From assembly GCA_041494705.1 (NCBI GenBank), contig JBGQBI010000003.1, forward strand, positions 90,001 to 122,000: a DNA stretch of 32,000 nt, given 5' to 3'. The notes beneath the pieces are model-generated. The model made no database searches and was not told the DNA's origin. It was given only the letters and a program-made list of their open reading frames with translations. The stretch comes from Candidatus Methanoperedens sp. Lineage in GTDB: Archaea; Halobacteriota; Methanosarcinia; Methanosarcinales; Methanoperedenaceae. Positions 17,344 through 26,083 of the stretch are shown here, one piece after another; the first letter of the stretch is position 1; each line of letters begins with the position of its first letter. The position numbers were made by a program, and so were the translations under genes.

Positions 17344-18333
17344 ATGAACACAACCACTATCGACTCAATGGTGCAGAGGAAACTCATCGAAATACTGAGG
17401 ATACTCTTTGAGAACAAAGAACCGATAGGGGCGCGGCTGATAGCCGACAGGATGAATGAACGCGGATACCCCATTGGCGAGCGGGGCGTCCGTTATCACC
17501 TCCGCATCCTTGATGAGCGCGGCCTCACCCTGCGCCACGGTTATGATGGCAGGGTTATTACCGAAAGCGGGATACATGAACTTAATAACGCGCTCGTTGG
17601 GGACAGGCTTGGTTTCATAATCACAAGGATAGAGAAACTCATTTATGATACCACTTTTGACCTCAAAACAGGGGACGGAAGTGTGATTATTAATACTTCG
17701 ATAATCGACAGGAATGATGTTGACAAAACGTTAGAGATAATGCGGCATGTGATTTATGAAGGTTATTGTTTCAGCCCGTATATAAAATTAATAGAGGAAG
17801 AGGAAGTGGCTCTGGATATTGATATCCCTGAAGGCAAAATAGGCATAGCTACCATGTGCAGTATAACGATGGACGGGATTTTGCTTAAAAGCGGGATTCC
17901 TGTAACGCCTAAATATGGCGGCTTACTGGAAGTAAAAAACAGGAAAGCTGTAGGGTTTGAAGATATTATTGTTTATAACGGGACTTCGATTGACCCGATG
18001 CGTATTTTTATTTCAAAAAAGATGACAAGGGTTCTTGATGCTGTGGATACGGGTTCCGGCAGGCTTCTTGCAAATTTGCGGGAGATTCCGGCGTCGGCTG
18101 TTCCCGAAGCTGAAAAAATCATGGAATCCGCAAGAGGTATTGGTATTTCTAACGTTGTGCAAATCGGGAAACCCGGAAAATCGGTTCTGGACGCGCCTGT
18201 TGATACAGGGAAAGTTGGCGTGGCGGTTTATGCGGGAACGAATATAATGGCTGCGGTTGAAGAGAGCGGGATTAATGTCACAACTTATCCGATTTCTACT
18301 GTTATGGATTTTAAGGAATTGAAAAAGCTGTAA
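17344..18333 (+). CDS. nrpR: NrpR-type nitrogen regulatory repressor (winged HTH plus one NrpR domain)
   Basis: 329 aa. The N-terminal wHTH is KLIEILRILFENKEPIGARLIADRMNERGYPIGERGVRYHLRILDERGL. It is followed by the NrpR (DUF128) regulatory domain with LVGDRLGFIITRIEKLIYDTTFD. The gene starts 8 nt after glnA ends. Confidence 0.8.
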   Translation: MNTTTIDSMVQRKLIEILRILFENKEPIGARLIADRMNERGYPIGERGVRYHLRILDERGLTLRHGYDGRVITESGIHELNNALVGDRLGFIITRIEKLIYDTTFDLKTGDGSVIINTSIIDRNDVDKTLEIMRHVIYEGYCFSPYIKLIEEEEVALDIDIPEGKIGIATMCSITMDGILLKSGIPVTPKYGGLLEVKNRKAVGFEDIIVYNGTSIDPMRIFISKKMTRVLDAVDTGSGRLLANLREIPASAVPEAEKIMESARGIGISNVVQIGKPGKSVLDAPVDTGKVGVAVYAGTNIMAAVEESGINVTTYPISTVMDFKELKKL

Positions 18334-18334
18334 G

Positions 18335-18341
18335 TTTTTTT
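18335..18341 (+). terminator. Oligo-T tract, candidate archaeal intrinsic terminator after nrpR
   Basis: Seven consecutive T residues begin 2 nt after the nrpR stop codon (TAAGTTTTTTT). Confidence 0.4.
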
Positions 18342-18519
18342 GAGATGGGATGACATAGCAGGGAATAATCCTGTATGTTCCGGTAGATGCAGGATTTGTA
18401 ACATCGTACGGGGTATACCGTAACTGACCACGTCGTGGCTACTGAAAAAGTATATACTTCTTAAGCTATGTAATACAACATAAGACAAACAACACTGATT
18501 TATATTACAGAGGTTTCAA

Positions 18520-18741
18520 ATGCCTACACTAACAGCATATATCGAAAAAGATCCGGAAACTGGCTTATATGTGGCGATAGTTCCGGGAATTCCTGGCGCC
18601 CATACTCAGGCAGAGACTCTCGATGAGCTTCAAGAGAACCTGAAAGAGGTACTGGAACTGTGCCTGGAAGAAATGGAACCTGAAAACAAGCAATATTTAC
18701 CTCAATTTGTCGGAATTCAGCAAGTTGAGGTGAGTGTTTGA
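18520..18741 (+). CDS. hicB: HicB-family antitoxin
   Basis: 73 aa. TAYIEKDPETGLYVAIVPGIPGAHTQAETLDELQENLKEVLELCLEE shows the HicB/UPF0150 fold pattern. It lies immediately upstream of the hicA-like gene. Confidence 0.8.
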   Translation: MPTLTAYIEKDPETGLYVAIVPGIPGAHTQAETLDELQENLKEVLELCLEEMEPENKQYLPQFVGIQQVEVSV

Positions 18742-18971
18742 GCAGGCTTCGGATAATCGATGCCAGAAAAATGGAAAAGTTGTTGTTCAATCTCGGCTTT
18801 GAGAGCGTTCGTCAAAAAGGGAGCCATGTGTTCTACAGGCATCCTGATGGAAGAACCACAAGTGTTCCGCATCATCGAGGAAGAGATTTAGCGCGTCCAT
18901 TAATAAAAGAAATTTTAAGGGAGATAGAACTCAGTTCAGATGAATATGAGGAGTATTTGAGGAAGTTGTAA
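18738..18971 (+). CDS. hicA: HicA-family mRNA interferase toxin
   Basis: 77 aa. The motif LLFNLGFESVRQKGSHVFYRHPDGRTTSVPHHRGRDLARPLIKEILREI is present. The TTG start overlaps the hicB stop (TTGA). Confidence 0.8.
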   Translation: MSRLRIIDARKMEKLLFNLGFESVRQKGSHVFYRHPDGRTTSVPHHRGRDLARPLIKEILREIELSSDEYEEYLRKL

Positions 18972-19200
18972 ACTCTCATTATATCTTACTATTTCGTGTC
19001 CCTCCATTGACAAAAGCCAAAACAACGAATAAACGATAAATAACCTCATGCACCCGCGCCGAGATGCCCCGCAAATTTCATTGCGGAGTCCGTAACTGCA
19101 ACACGATTTTTCATGCTCGGACATACTGATAGAAACCACAGGCATCACATCTCAAAAACCAGTTGAGAATATTAAGCAAGAATATCTGATTGAAACTAAC

Positions 19201-20400
19201 TCAATCACCACCTCTCGGATTATTTGAAGAATGGCATCGGCTTCCGGTGCATGAAGTCTCCATAAATCGAACAGGATGACAGGTTACGCATGAGAGCGGT
19301 CTTTCCACACGCCCGCCAATATGTTCACCAACCCTGTTATGCACAAAGTTAGCTGGCGTAAAACCATCCGGGGAATGGCATTGAGAGCAGTCAGTAACCA
19401 TACCAGCGTGAGTAGAAGGCGGCTCATGGCAATTTACACATCCTGCAGCAGTCCCGGTATAGGTTCCATGGTGACACTTATCACATGTAAGAGACTGATG
19501 TTTTCCTGTCAACAGGAATTTTGAATGGTCAAACGTTGCAGGTTTCCAGCCAGCCGTAGAGTGGCATTTATCGCAGTTACTCACAATCCCCGCAATGTGA
19601 TTTGCGGGCACTTTGTGGCAACCTGCACACATCGCTGCAGTCCCATTATAGATTCCATGGTGACATTGATCGCATGTGAGAGACTGATGTTTTCCTGTCA
19701 ATGGGAATTTTGAATGGTCAAACGTTGCAGGTTTCCAGCCTGCCGTAGAGTGGCATTTATCGCAGTTGCTTACAATCCCTGCGATATGATTTGCAGGCAC
19801 TTTGTGGCAGGATTCACAACTGGGGTTTGTACCATTGTATTTGTCGCCCGGGTGACATTTTTCACAGCTCAATGTTGCATGCACGCCGACAAGTTTGAAA
19901 TTGGTATGAGCCTTGTGGCATAAGTCACATTGAGCCAGTGTAATAACACGCGGCTGGCCTGACTGGTTATGGACGAGCCGGCTGTGGCAATCTGCGCATA
20001 ATACAGATTTGTCCATGTGCAAGGAATGCTTTGCCTCGATGGTCTTATCAGTAAGATTGCGGGTTTCAGGGTGGCATGCAATGCATTGGTCGTTTTTTAC
20101 CCTTCTTACGATTTTGATAGGCACCGTGAAATTTCCTGAAAAATGGGCAACGACTTGCTCTACTCCCCGCACTTTCTCCCCAATAAAGCCTTGCAGACCA
20201 GGTTCTGAATGACAATCAAGACACACTGCCTTCGGGCCATGCGTTGAGTTTTTCCAGGAGTTGTAGTAAAAATTCATTTCATGGCAGGACTTACAAAACG
20301 CAGGCTGGGTGGTCACCAGCTGAACCCCAACACCCCCGACAATTATTATAATTGCCAAAATTGCCAGTGAAGTTATCGAAATTACTTTTCCAACCACCAT
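19201..20400 (-). CDS. Membrane-anchored 16-heme c-type cytochrome: an N-terminal NapC/NirT-type tetraheme quinol dehydrogenase module fused to four triheme modules
   Basis: 399 aa with an N-terminal TM helix. The NapC/NirT signature is FCKSCHEMNFYYNSWKNSTHGPKAVCLDCH...CIACH...CADCH. I count 15 CxxCH in total plus a C-terminal CTGSRCH (CX4CH). Confidence 0.9.
   Translation of the reverse strand: MVVGKVISITSLAILAIIIIVGGVGVQLVTTQPAFCKSCHEMNFYYNSWKNSTHGPKAVCLDCHSEPGLQGFIGEKVRGVEQVVAHFSGNFTVPIKIVRRVKNDQCIACHPETRNLTDKTIEAKHSLHMDKSVLCADCHSRLVHNQSGQPRVITLAQCDLCHKAHTNFKLVGVHATLSCEKCHPGDKYNGTNPSCESCHKVPANHIAGIVSNCDKCHSTAGWKPATFDHSKFPLTGKHQSLTCDQCHHGIYNGTAAMCAGCHKVPANHIAGIVSNCDKCHSTAGWKPATFDHSKFLLTGKHQSLTCDKCHHGTYTGTAAGCVNCHEPPSTHAGMVTDCSQCHSPDGFTPANFVHNRVGEHIGGRVERPLSCVTCHPVRFMETSCTGSRCHSSNNPRGGD
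19441..19818. repeat. Tandem duplication, 2 x 189 bp (63 codons), inside the 16-heme cytochrome gene
   Basis: The word TTGAATGGTC occurs at 19521 and 19710, giving a period of 189. A hand alignment of 19451-19620 against 19640-19809 gave 16 mismatches in 170 nt (about 90 percent identity). Each unit encodes CHKVPANHIAGIVSNCDKCHSTAGWKPATFDHSKF(P/L)LTGKHQSLTCD(Q/K)CHHG. Confidence 0.9.
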
Positions 20401-20485
20401 GATTATTAAAAGGAATGTATGTTGCCAATATCTAATTAATCTTTGGTTGGATGAGTTTTATGATGGAAGCAGTTATCAAAAATAA

Positions 20486-20953
20486 TCATAAACTGTTTTT
20501 CTTGCCCACGTTTTTCAAAAAACCAATCCATCTGCGGGCGTCGTCAACTTTCTGTTTTATTTCATCTTTTGACTCTTTTAATCTGACCCTGCCGGCTTCG
20601 CAGTCCCTTAAATCCATGATAGCGCGGATGAAACTTGCAATCTCGTTGTATAATCGTTTTGCCTCCTCGCGTGTGAGAAGGGTTTTTGAAAGGACTTCCT
20701 CATCCTCTTTTGCCTTTGTTTCAAGTAAATTCACAAGTTCCAAAAGGCGAGCTTTTTCCTCCTCTGAAATGTCTTTATTATGAATGCATCGCCAGATGAG
20801 TTCATGAAGTTTTATGTTTTTCCCATTCACCATAACTTCCTCGGGAACTTTCTCGCCTACCCAGATAAGATATCTATGCAGCCCGTTAAGTAAATGTTCC
20901 CGTTCTTCAAGGGATATATAATCGTCAAGCTTAACCGATTCTTGTTTATTCAT
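20486..20953 (-). CDS. Hypothetical protein, helical and charged, no recognised family
   Basis: 155 aa ORF with clean coding character. It starts 10 nt downstream of trxB on the same strand and lies 85 nt upstream of the 16-heme cytochrome gene. Confidence 0.55.
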   Translation of the reverse strand: MNKQESVKLDDYISLEEREHLLNGLHRYLIWVGEKVPEEVMVNGKNIKLHELIWRCIHNKDISEEEKARLLELVNLLETKAKEDEEVLSKTLLTREEAKRLYNEIASFIRAIMDLRDCEAGRVRLKESKDEIKQKVDDARRWIGFLKNVGKKNSL

Positions 20954-20963
20954 TATGCCTGGT

Positions 20964-21872
20964 CTATAATCCCTCTATATACCTTTCAGCAGAAACAGCG
21001 GCGATTGCCCCGTCGCCAACTGCAGTAGCTATCTGGCGCAAAGGAGTGACCCTGCAATCTCCGGCCGCGAAAACACCCTTTGCCGAGGTTTCCATTTTAT
21101 CATTTACTACAATAAAACCACGCTCATCCTTTTTTACATTTGCAAATGCGGTGTTGGGAATAAGTCCAACATATATGAAAACCCCATCTGTTTTTATTTC
21201 GGATAGCGCGTTTGTCTTTACGTTCCTGATAATCACTTTCCCGACTATCTTATCGCCTGCTATTTCTTCCACCACGGAATCCCAGACAAAGCTTATCTTG
21301 GGGTTTGCAAAAGCATGTTCCTGGTTAATCTTCTCGGCACGAAGTTTGTCCCGCCGGTGCACGATAATCACATTCTTTGCCATTTTGGTGAGAAAAATGG
21401 CTTCGGTGATAGCGGAATCCCCTCCCCCCACCACAACAACCACCTTATCCCTGAAAAAAAAGCCGTCGCAGGTGGCGCAATAGGAGACTCCTTTCCCAAT
21501 TAAATTAAGCTCTCCTTTAGCACCCAATTTTTTAGGCGTGGTGCCCGTGGCTATTATGACGGTTTTTGTCTCAAAATCCCCTTCATGGGTTTTCACTATT
21601 TTTGTTGCCCCTCTGTCTTCAATCCCGCTGACTTCGACCAGACCTTTCATTTCAAGCCCGAATTTCAGGGCATGCTCCTCAAATTTCTTCGCGAGGTCTC
21701 CCCCGGATATTTCAAGGAAACCCGGGAAGTTCTCCACAAGGTCTGTAACGATTATCTGTCCGCCGACTCCTATTTTTTCAAGCAGCAATGCGTTTAACAC
21801 AGCGCGCTTTACGTATATCCCCGCTGTCAGGCCTGCGGGTCCGCCTCCGATAATAACGACATCATATACCAT
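20964..21872 (-). CDS. trxB: Thioredoxin-disulfide reductase
   Basis: 302 aa. FAD motif VVIIGGGPAGLTAG, redox-active CATC within GVSYCATCDGFFF, second dinucleotide motif VVVVGGGDSAITEA, HRRDKLRA, and GVFAAGD. Confidence 0.9.
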   Translation of the reverse strand: MVYDVVIIGGGPAGLTAGIYVKRAVLNALLLEKIGVGGQIIVTDLVENFPGFLEISGGDLAKKFEEHALKFGLEMKGLVEVSGIEDRGATKIVKTHEGDFETKTVIIATGTTPKKLGAKGELNLIGKGVSYCATCDGFFFRDKVVVVVGGGDSAITEAIFLTKMAKNVIIVHRRDKLRAEKINQEHAFANPKISFVWDSVVEEIAGDKIVGKVIIRNVKTNALSEIKTDGVFIYVGLIPNTAFANVKKDERGFIVVNDKMETSAKGVFAAGDCRVTPLRQIATAVGDGAIAAVSAERYIEGL

Positions 21873-22051
21873 AATTTTTCATTCCTTGTGCTGTCATGTA
21901 TGGATGTTGAATTAAATAATACCATCCTTTTACATTGTGTTGTTCAGGCTAAAGAAAATATGTCTTTTAATAAACGAAAGCTCCAGTGTATATATTACGA
22001 TGTCTTAGCTGTGCATTTAAAGTCGCACTTGCATCAAAAGTCTTTGAGATA

Positions 22052-23338
22052 TTATCTTTTTATTTTGTACTTCCATGCCCAATAGATTAGAACTAGAAAC
22101 GCAATTATCAACGCCGCAAATATTATGTTGTAAACCACTGGCTTTTTAGTTAATTCAGTTGTTTGAATAGGCACAGCAGTAACACTTTGCACCGGAGTTG
22201 GCTGTATAGAAGGACTGTATATTACCTGTATAAGCTCGGTCTTATTATTCCCTTTTTCATCCATTGCTGTTATGGAGATATTATTTATTCCTTCGGCGAG
22301 GGTGATGGCCTGGTTCCATGACTCTTTTCCTGCAAATCTTCCATTGACCAGAACTTCCTTTATTCCACTTTTATCAAAAGCCGTCCCCGATACGGTAATT
22401 GTTTTGTCTGTGGATATTTCGCCGGATTTGGGTTTTTCGATGGATATATCTGGCGGGAATGTGTCCGGTATGCTGAATATATGCCATGTTTTGCCAGACG
22501 CCGCGTAGATATAATCACCGGGCGGATGGATGGCTATGGCGGCTCTGTCTGCGGTTTCCGTGATGAAAAAACTATCAATAATCTTTGGTAAATAGGGATT
22601 GCTGGCATCCAGCAAATCAAATTCGGACGTGCCATTCGCAAGTGCAAGATAAACCCCATTTTCCGATATTTTGATATCATATACATTTTTCCCGACTGAA
22701 TGAAACACCTCTGTCGGATTTCCCGGATCAGATATATCGATTATATAAAACCCTTTTCTCTGTTCCCCGCTCAAAAATGCGTAATTTCCGGAAACTGCAA
22801 CTGCTATACCACCCCACCCCTGAAAGAAACCGCTGATGTTGGATTTCAAGACATAGAACTTGCCGACAAGTTCCGGGTTTCTTCTGTCACTTAAATCAAA
22901 GATGAGCATTCCGGTATTGGCATCGGCGACGTACATGTATTTACCGGATACAGCCACATCATTTGCCGAATCAGGATAATTTATCTGGTACATTCTTTTT
23001 GGGTTTTCCGGATCGCTTATATTGAGTACATATATCCATCCCGGGCCTGATGCGACGTACATCTGTTCTTCTGAAATTGATAGTCCAAGCACCCGGCCGG
23101 GTTCGTCAAAATCTGTAAATCTGGTGATGAGTTTTGGTAACACTGGGTTGCTTGTGTTATATACCAGAACTGAGTTCCAGTCCGCTATAAACAGGTAATC
23201 TTTGAAAAATTCTGCGCTATGGGGTTCTTGCGTTGTAAACGTGCCAACCCCGGTCAGGTTTTTTTGTGGATTTGCCTCTGCTAATCCCGCAGTGATAGAT
23301 GATAGTAACACCAGGAGAAAAAAACCCCAACTTTTCAT
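22052..23338 (-). CDS. Secreted LVIVD-repeat beta-propeller protein with an Ig-like domain and a C-terminal membrane anchor
   Basis: A signal peptide is present (FFLLVLLSSITAGLAEA). Repeated units match the LVIVD repeat type: YVASGPGWIYVLNISDPENP, YVADANTGMLIFDLSDRRNP and GFYIIDISDPGNP. The C-terminal TM is VVYNIIFAALIIAFLVLIYWAW, followed by KYKIKR. Confidence 0.75.
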   Translation of the reverse strand: MKSWGFFLLVLLSSITAGLAEANPQKNLTGVGTFTTQEPHSAEFFKDYLFIADWNSVLVYNTSNPVLPKLITRFTDFDEPGRVLGLSISEEQMYVASGPGWIYVLNISDPENPKRMYQINYPDSANDVAVSGKYMYVADANTGMLIFDLSDRRNPELVGKFYVLKSNISGFFQGWGGIAVAVSGNYAFLSGEQRKGFYIIDISDPGNPTEVFHSVGKNVYDIKISENGVYLALANGTSEFDLLDASNPYLPKIIDSFFITETADRAAIAIHPPGDYIYAASGKTWHIFSIPDTFPPDISIEKPKSGEISTDKTITVSGTAFDKSGIKEVLVNGRFAGKESWNQAITLAEGINNISITAMDEKGNNKTELIQVIYSPSIQPTPVQSVTAVPIQTTELTKKPVVYNIIFAALIIAFLVLIYWAWKYKIKR

Positions 23339-23521
23339 AATCAGATTTATGAGTATGAAGTTATTTAAGTTTATCTAGCCGGTTCTCAACGGTAGTATGC
23401 TGACAGGAAAACAAAACAACATAATGCACACTCACAGTAAAGAGCGCGAAGAACGCAAAGCGCAACATCAACTGATTATGGTGTCATTCTTTATTTTTCG
23501 CGCAAAACTATCCTCGTAAAT

Positions 23522-24790
23522 TTAATCGTGTCTCTTCCTGATTAGAACCAAAATCAACAATACAGCTACTGGAAATTCAAAACCCGGGGTTTTCTTTGTT
23601 GCTGTTGGCGTGACTGTCGGACTCAACGTTGGTGCCGGCGTAGCTGTTGTTTCCTTTGCCGTTGTTGCAGGGGTGGCCTGTGTCGCCTGGACACCTACTC
23701 CTGAATAGGCATAGACTACTCCGCTGTGAGTTACGGCATACAGCATATTCCCGGATATGGCCGGTGATGTTATGTAATCATTGTCGTTCTGCCCTGTTGA
23801 GTTCCTCCAGAGAAGTTTTCCCGTATTCGCATCAAGACCATAAATGAAATTATTCCTTGAACCGAAATAAACAACATCATTTGAAATAGCAGGCGAGGAA
23901 TCCACAAAACCTGATGTTTGAGTCTTCCATTTCAGGTTTCCTGTGCTTGCATCTATCGCATACAGGTTAGAATCCCTTGAACCCACAAAAATCGTCCCAT
24001 CCTTATAAGATGGTGATGACTGGACATTGCTGCCGGTTGAATATTTCCATTTCAAAGCGCCATTTGTTGTATTCAGGGCATAAATATTCCCGTCATTTGA
24101 GCCCACAAATACGCTCCCGTCCGCAATAAGCGGTGAGGATAGGATATCGCTTACGCCAGTATCATACCGCCATTTTTCTTTTCGGGTTGCAGCATCTATC
24201 GCGATTATTAATCCGCCATCTGTTCCGAAGACGATTACCCCATCTCCCATAGCTGGTGATGATTCGATCACTTTTCCGGTAAGTATCTGCCACGATGGTT
24301 CACCACTCTGGACATCGAATGCATAAAATGAGCCGTCTTTTGAACCCGTATAAGCCAGGTTGTTTATCACCACTGGAGAGGATGTATATCCGGCAGTCGC
24401 GTTTTTATATATCCACTTCATTGCGCCATCTTTTATATCCATGGAATAGAATCGGCTGTCGTCCGCACCGACATACAATACCCCATCTGCAACCGCAGGA
24501 GCGGATTTTACAAAACCGTTTGTATGGGTTCTCCAGAGTTCTCTTCCTGTACTGGCATCCAAGGCATGAATTCCGAAATTTGAGCCCACATACAGGACAT
24601 CATTGACTATGATAGGGGAAGAATCCGAATCAAACCCGAGATTGAAAGACCATATAACTGATAGCGGCGGATTCACCGCGTCTGTCGTAAAGCCCGAATG
24701 CGACACGTCTTTCTTAAACATGCCCCAGTCGGACGCAAGTGCAGGCGTGACCAGCAACAATGCCATCAATAAAAATATAAACTTTTTCAT
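23522..24790 (-). CDS. Secreted PQQ-like (BamB-type) beta-propeller repeat protein with a PGF-CTERM sorting signal
   Basis: A signal peptide is present (MKKFIFLLMALLLVTPALA). Repeats of the form DG.VYVGS.DG.LYA.DA.TG...W occur about 8 times. A Thr/Pro linker precedes PGFEFPVAVLLILVLIRKRHD. ATG 24790 has a strong AGGAGGA upstream. The ORF track start 24829 is an alternative. Confidence 0.8.
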   Translation of the reverse strand: MKKFIFLLMALLLVTPALASDWGMFKKDVSHSGFTTDAVNPPLSVIWSFNLGFDSDSSPIIVNDVLYVGSNFGIHALDASTGRELWRTHTNGFVKSAPAVADGVLYVGADDSRFYSMDIKDGAMKWIYKNATAGYTSSPVVINNLAYTGSKDGSFYAFDVQSGEPSWQILTGKVIESSPAMGDGVIVFGTDGGLIIAIDAATRKEKWRYDTGVSDILSSPLIADGSVFVGSNDGNIYALNTTNGALKWKYSTGSNVQSSPSYKDGTIFVGSRDSNLYAIDASTGNLKWKTQTSGFVDSSPAISNDVVYFGSRNNFIYGLDANTGKLLWRNSTGQNDNDYITSPAISGNMLYAVTHSGVVYAYSGVGVQATQATPATTAKETTATPAPTLSPTVTPTATKKTPGFEFPVAVLLILVLIRKRHD

Positions 24791-24841
24791 ATATACTATC
24801 CTCCTACGTTCTAACTGCTCCTCTTTCATTTTAATTCTTGA

Positions 24842-25858
24842 TTATAATTGTTTCAGTTTATGGCGCGCCAGTGTATGTGAAGGGTCCAATTCAAGGACTT
24901 TCCTGAAGCATGCTGTCGCTTCACCCTCATTTCCAAGTTCCTTGAGTGTCAATCCCTTTTCGTACCAGGCTTTGGTGTTATTTGGATTAATCTCGATTGA
25001 TTTATCTAAAGCTCTTATCCCTTCATTTTTCCTGTCAAGTTCTTTTAGGATAATACCCTTTTCAAGCCACAAAATTGAATTCCCAGGACTCACACCTATT
25101 GCTTTTTCATACGCTGTAAGTGCATTTTCATATGCTTTTATGGCATCATAACGCCTGTCAATCGCGGCCAGATCAGTACCTTTAAGCCCCCAGACCTTTC
25201 CTTTTCCAAACCATGCATTCCAGTTTGAGGGGTCAATCTTCAGCGCCCTTTCAAGCAGAACAAAACTTTCAGCATATTGCCTTCTCGTTCCAATAATCAA
25301 TCCTTTGCGGGCAAGCGCTCCGGCATGGTTCGGGTCAAGCTCCAATACTTTTTCATACGTTGCGAGAGCATCAGCATCCTTTCCAGACCCGGAAAGGATT
25401 AATCCCCTCTCAAACCACATTTGGGAGTTCTTCGGATCCAATTCAAGTAGCTTTTCATATATTTTCAATGTTTCCGAATCCCTTTTCAATTCCCTGAGAA
25501 TCATTGCTTTTTCATTTAGCAGTTTTGTATTTGTCGGTTCGGATTCCAGCACTTTATCATAAGCTTCAAGCGCTTTATCCAGATTACCAAGATTTACGAG
25601 AATAAAACCCATTTCATGCCATGCTTTTTTATTATTGGGGTCAAGTTCTAAAATCGTCTTGTATGCATCATATGCAGGATTATATTGCTCAAGTGTCAGG
25701 TGTATCGACGCTTTATCATACCAGGCTTTTAGATTTTTCGGATCGGCCTTCAGGATATTCCCATAAGCTTCCAGGGCGCGATCATACTTTCCGGAACTTT
25801 TGAATTCTTCCGCCTCTTGCATTAAATCCTTTTTCTTGAAAAAACCGCTCAGTTTCAT
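24842..25858 (-). CDS. Tetratricopeptide (TPR) repeat protein
   Basis: 338 aa made of consecutive 34-residue units (A..YEKALELDP.N..AW..KG). No signal peptide is evident. Confidence 0.85.
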   Translation of the reverse strand: MKLSGFFKKKDLMQEAEEFKSSGKYDRALEAYGNILKADPKNLKAWYDKASIHLTLEQYNPAYDAYKTILELDPNNKKAWHEMGFILVNLGNLDKALEAYDKVLESEPTNTKLLNEKAMILRELKRDSETLKIYEKLLELDPKNSQMWFERGLILSGSGKDADALATYEKVLELDPNHAGALARKGLIIGTRRQYAESFVLLERALKIDPSNWNAWFGKGKVWGLKGTDLAAIDRRYDAIKAYENALTAYEKAIGVSPGNSILWLEKGIILKELDRKNEGIRALDKSIEINPNNTKAWYEKGLTLKELGNEGEATACFRKVLELDPSHTLARHKLKQL

Positions 25859-26083
25859 GTATGTTACCTCAATCTCGAACCAATAAATCTATTTGATTTT
25901 TTCTTTTTTAAAAGTGTTTTTTACAGGATAAATCTTTCTATAGCTGCATTGTGAAAATGAAAAAAAATAAGGTGGTTTTATAAATCTGAAACGGTTCAAC
26001 CAACAAGAATATATAGACGTTCAAACATTACGAAATCTACATTCCAATAATCATTAATTGTTGCATGTTTTGGAGAATCTTCA

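Noticed and set aside
19321-19923. Three plus-strand ORFs, two of which start with the identical MVKRCRFPA
   Set aside because: They are antisense to the 16-heme cytochrome gene. Their identical N-termini simply mirror the 189-bp tandem duplication.
23444-23509. A second copy of the CGCAAAG-containing element seen at 3612-3681 (ACGCAAAG at 23453-23460, with GCGCGAAGAA facing TTTTTCGCGC)
   Set aside because: The shared word is only 8 nt long. About one chance match is expected in 32 kb on two strands. The local pairing is short with a 45-nt loop, so this is not evidence of a repeat family.
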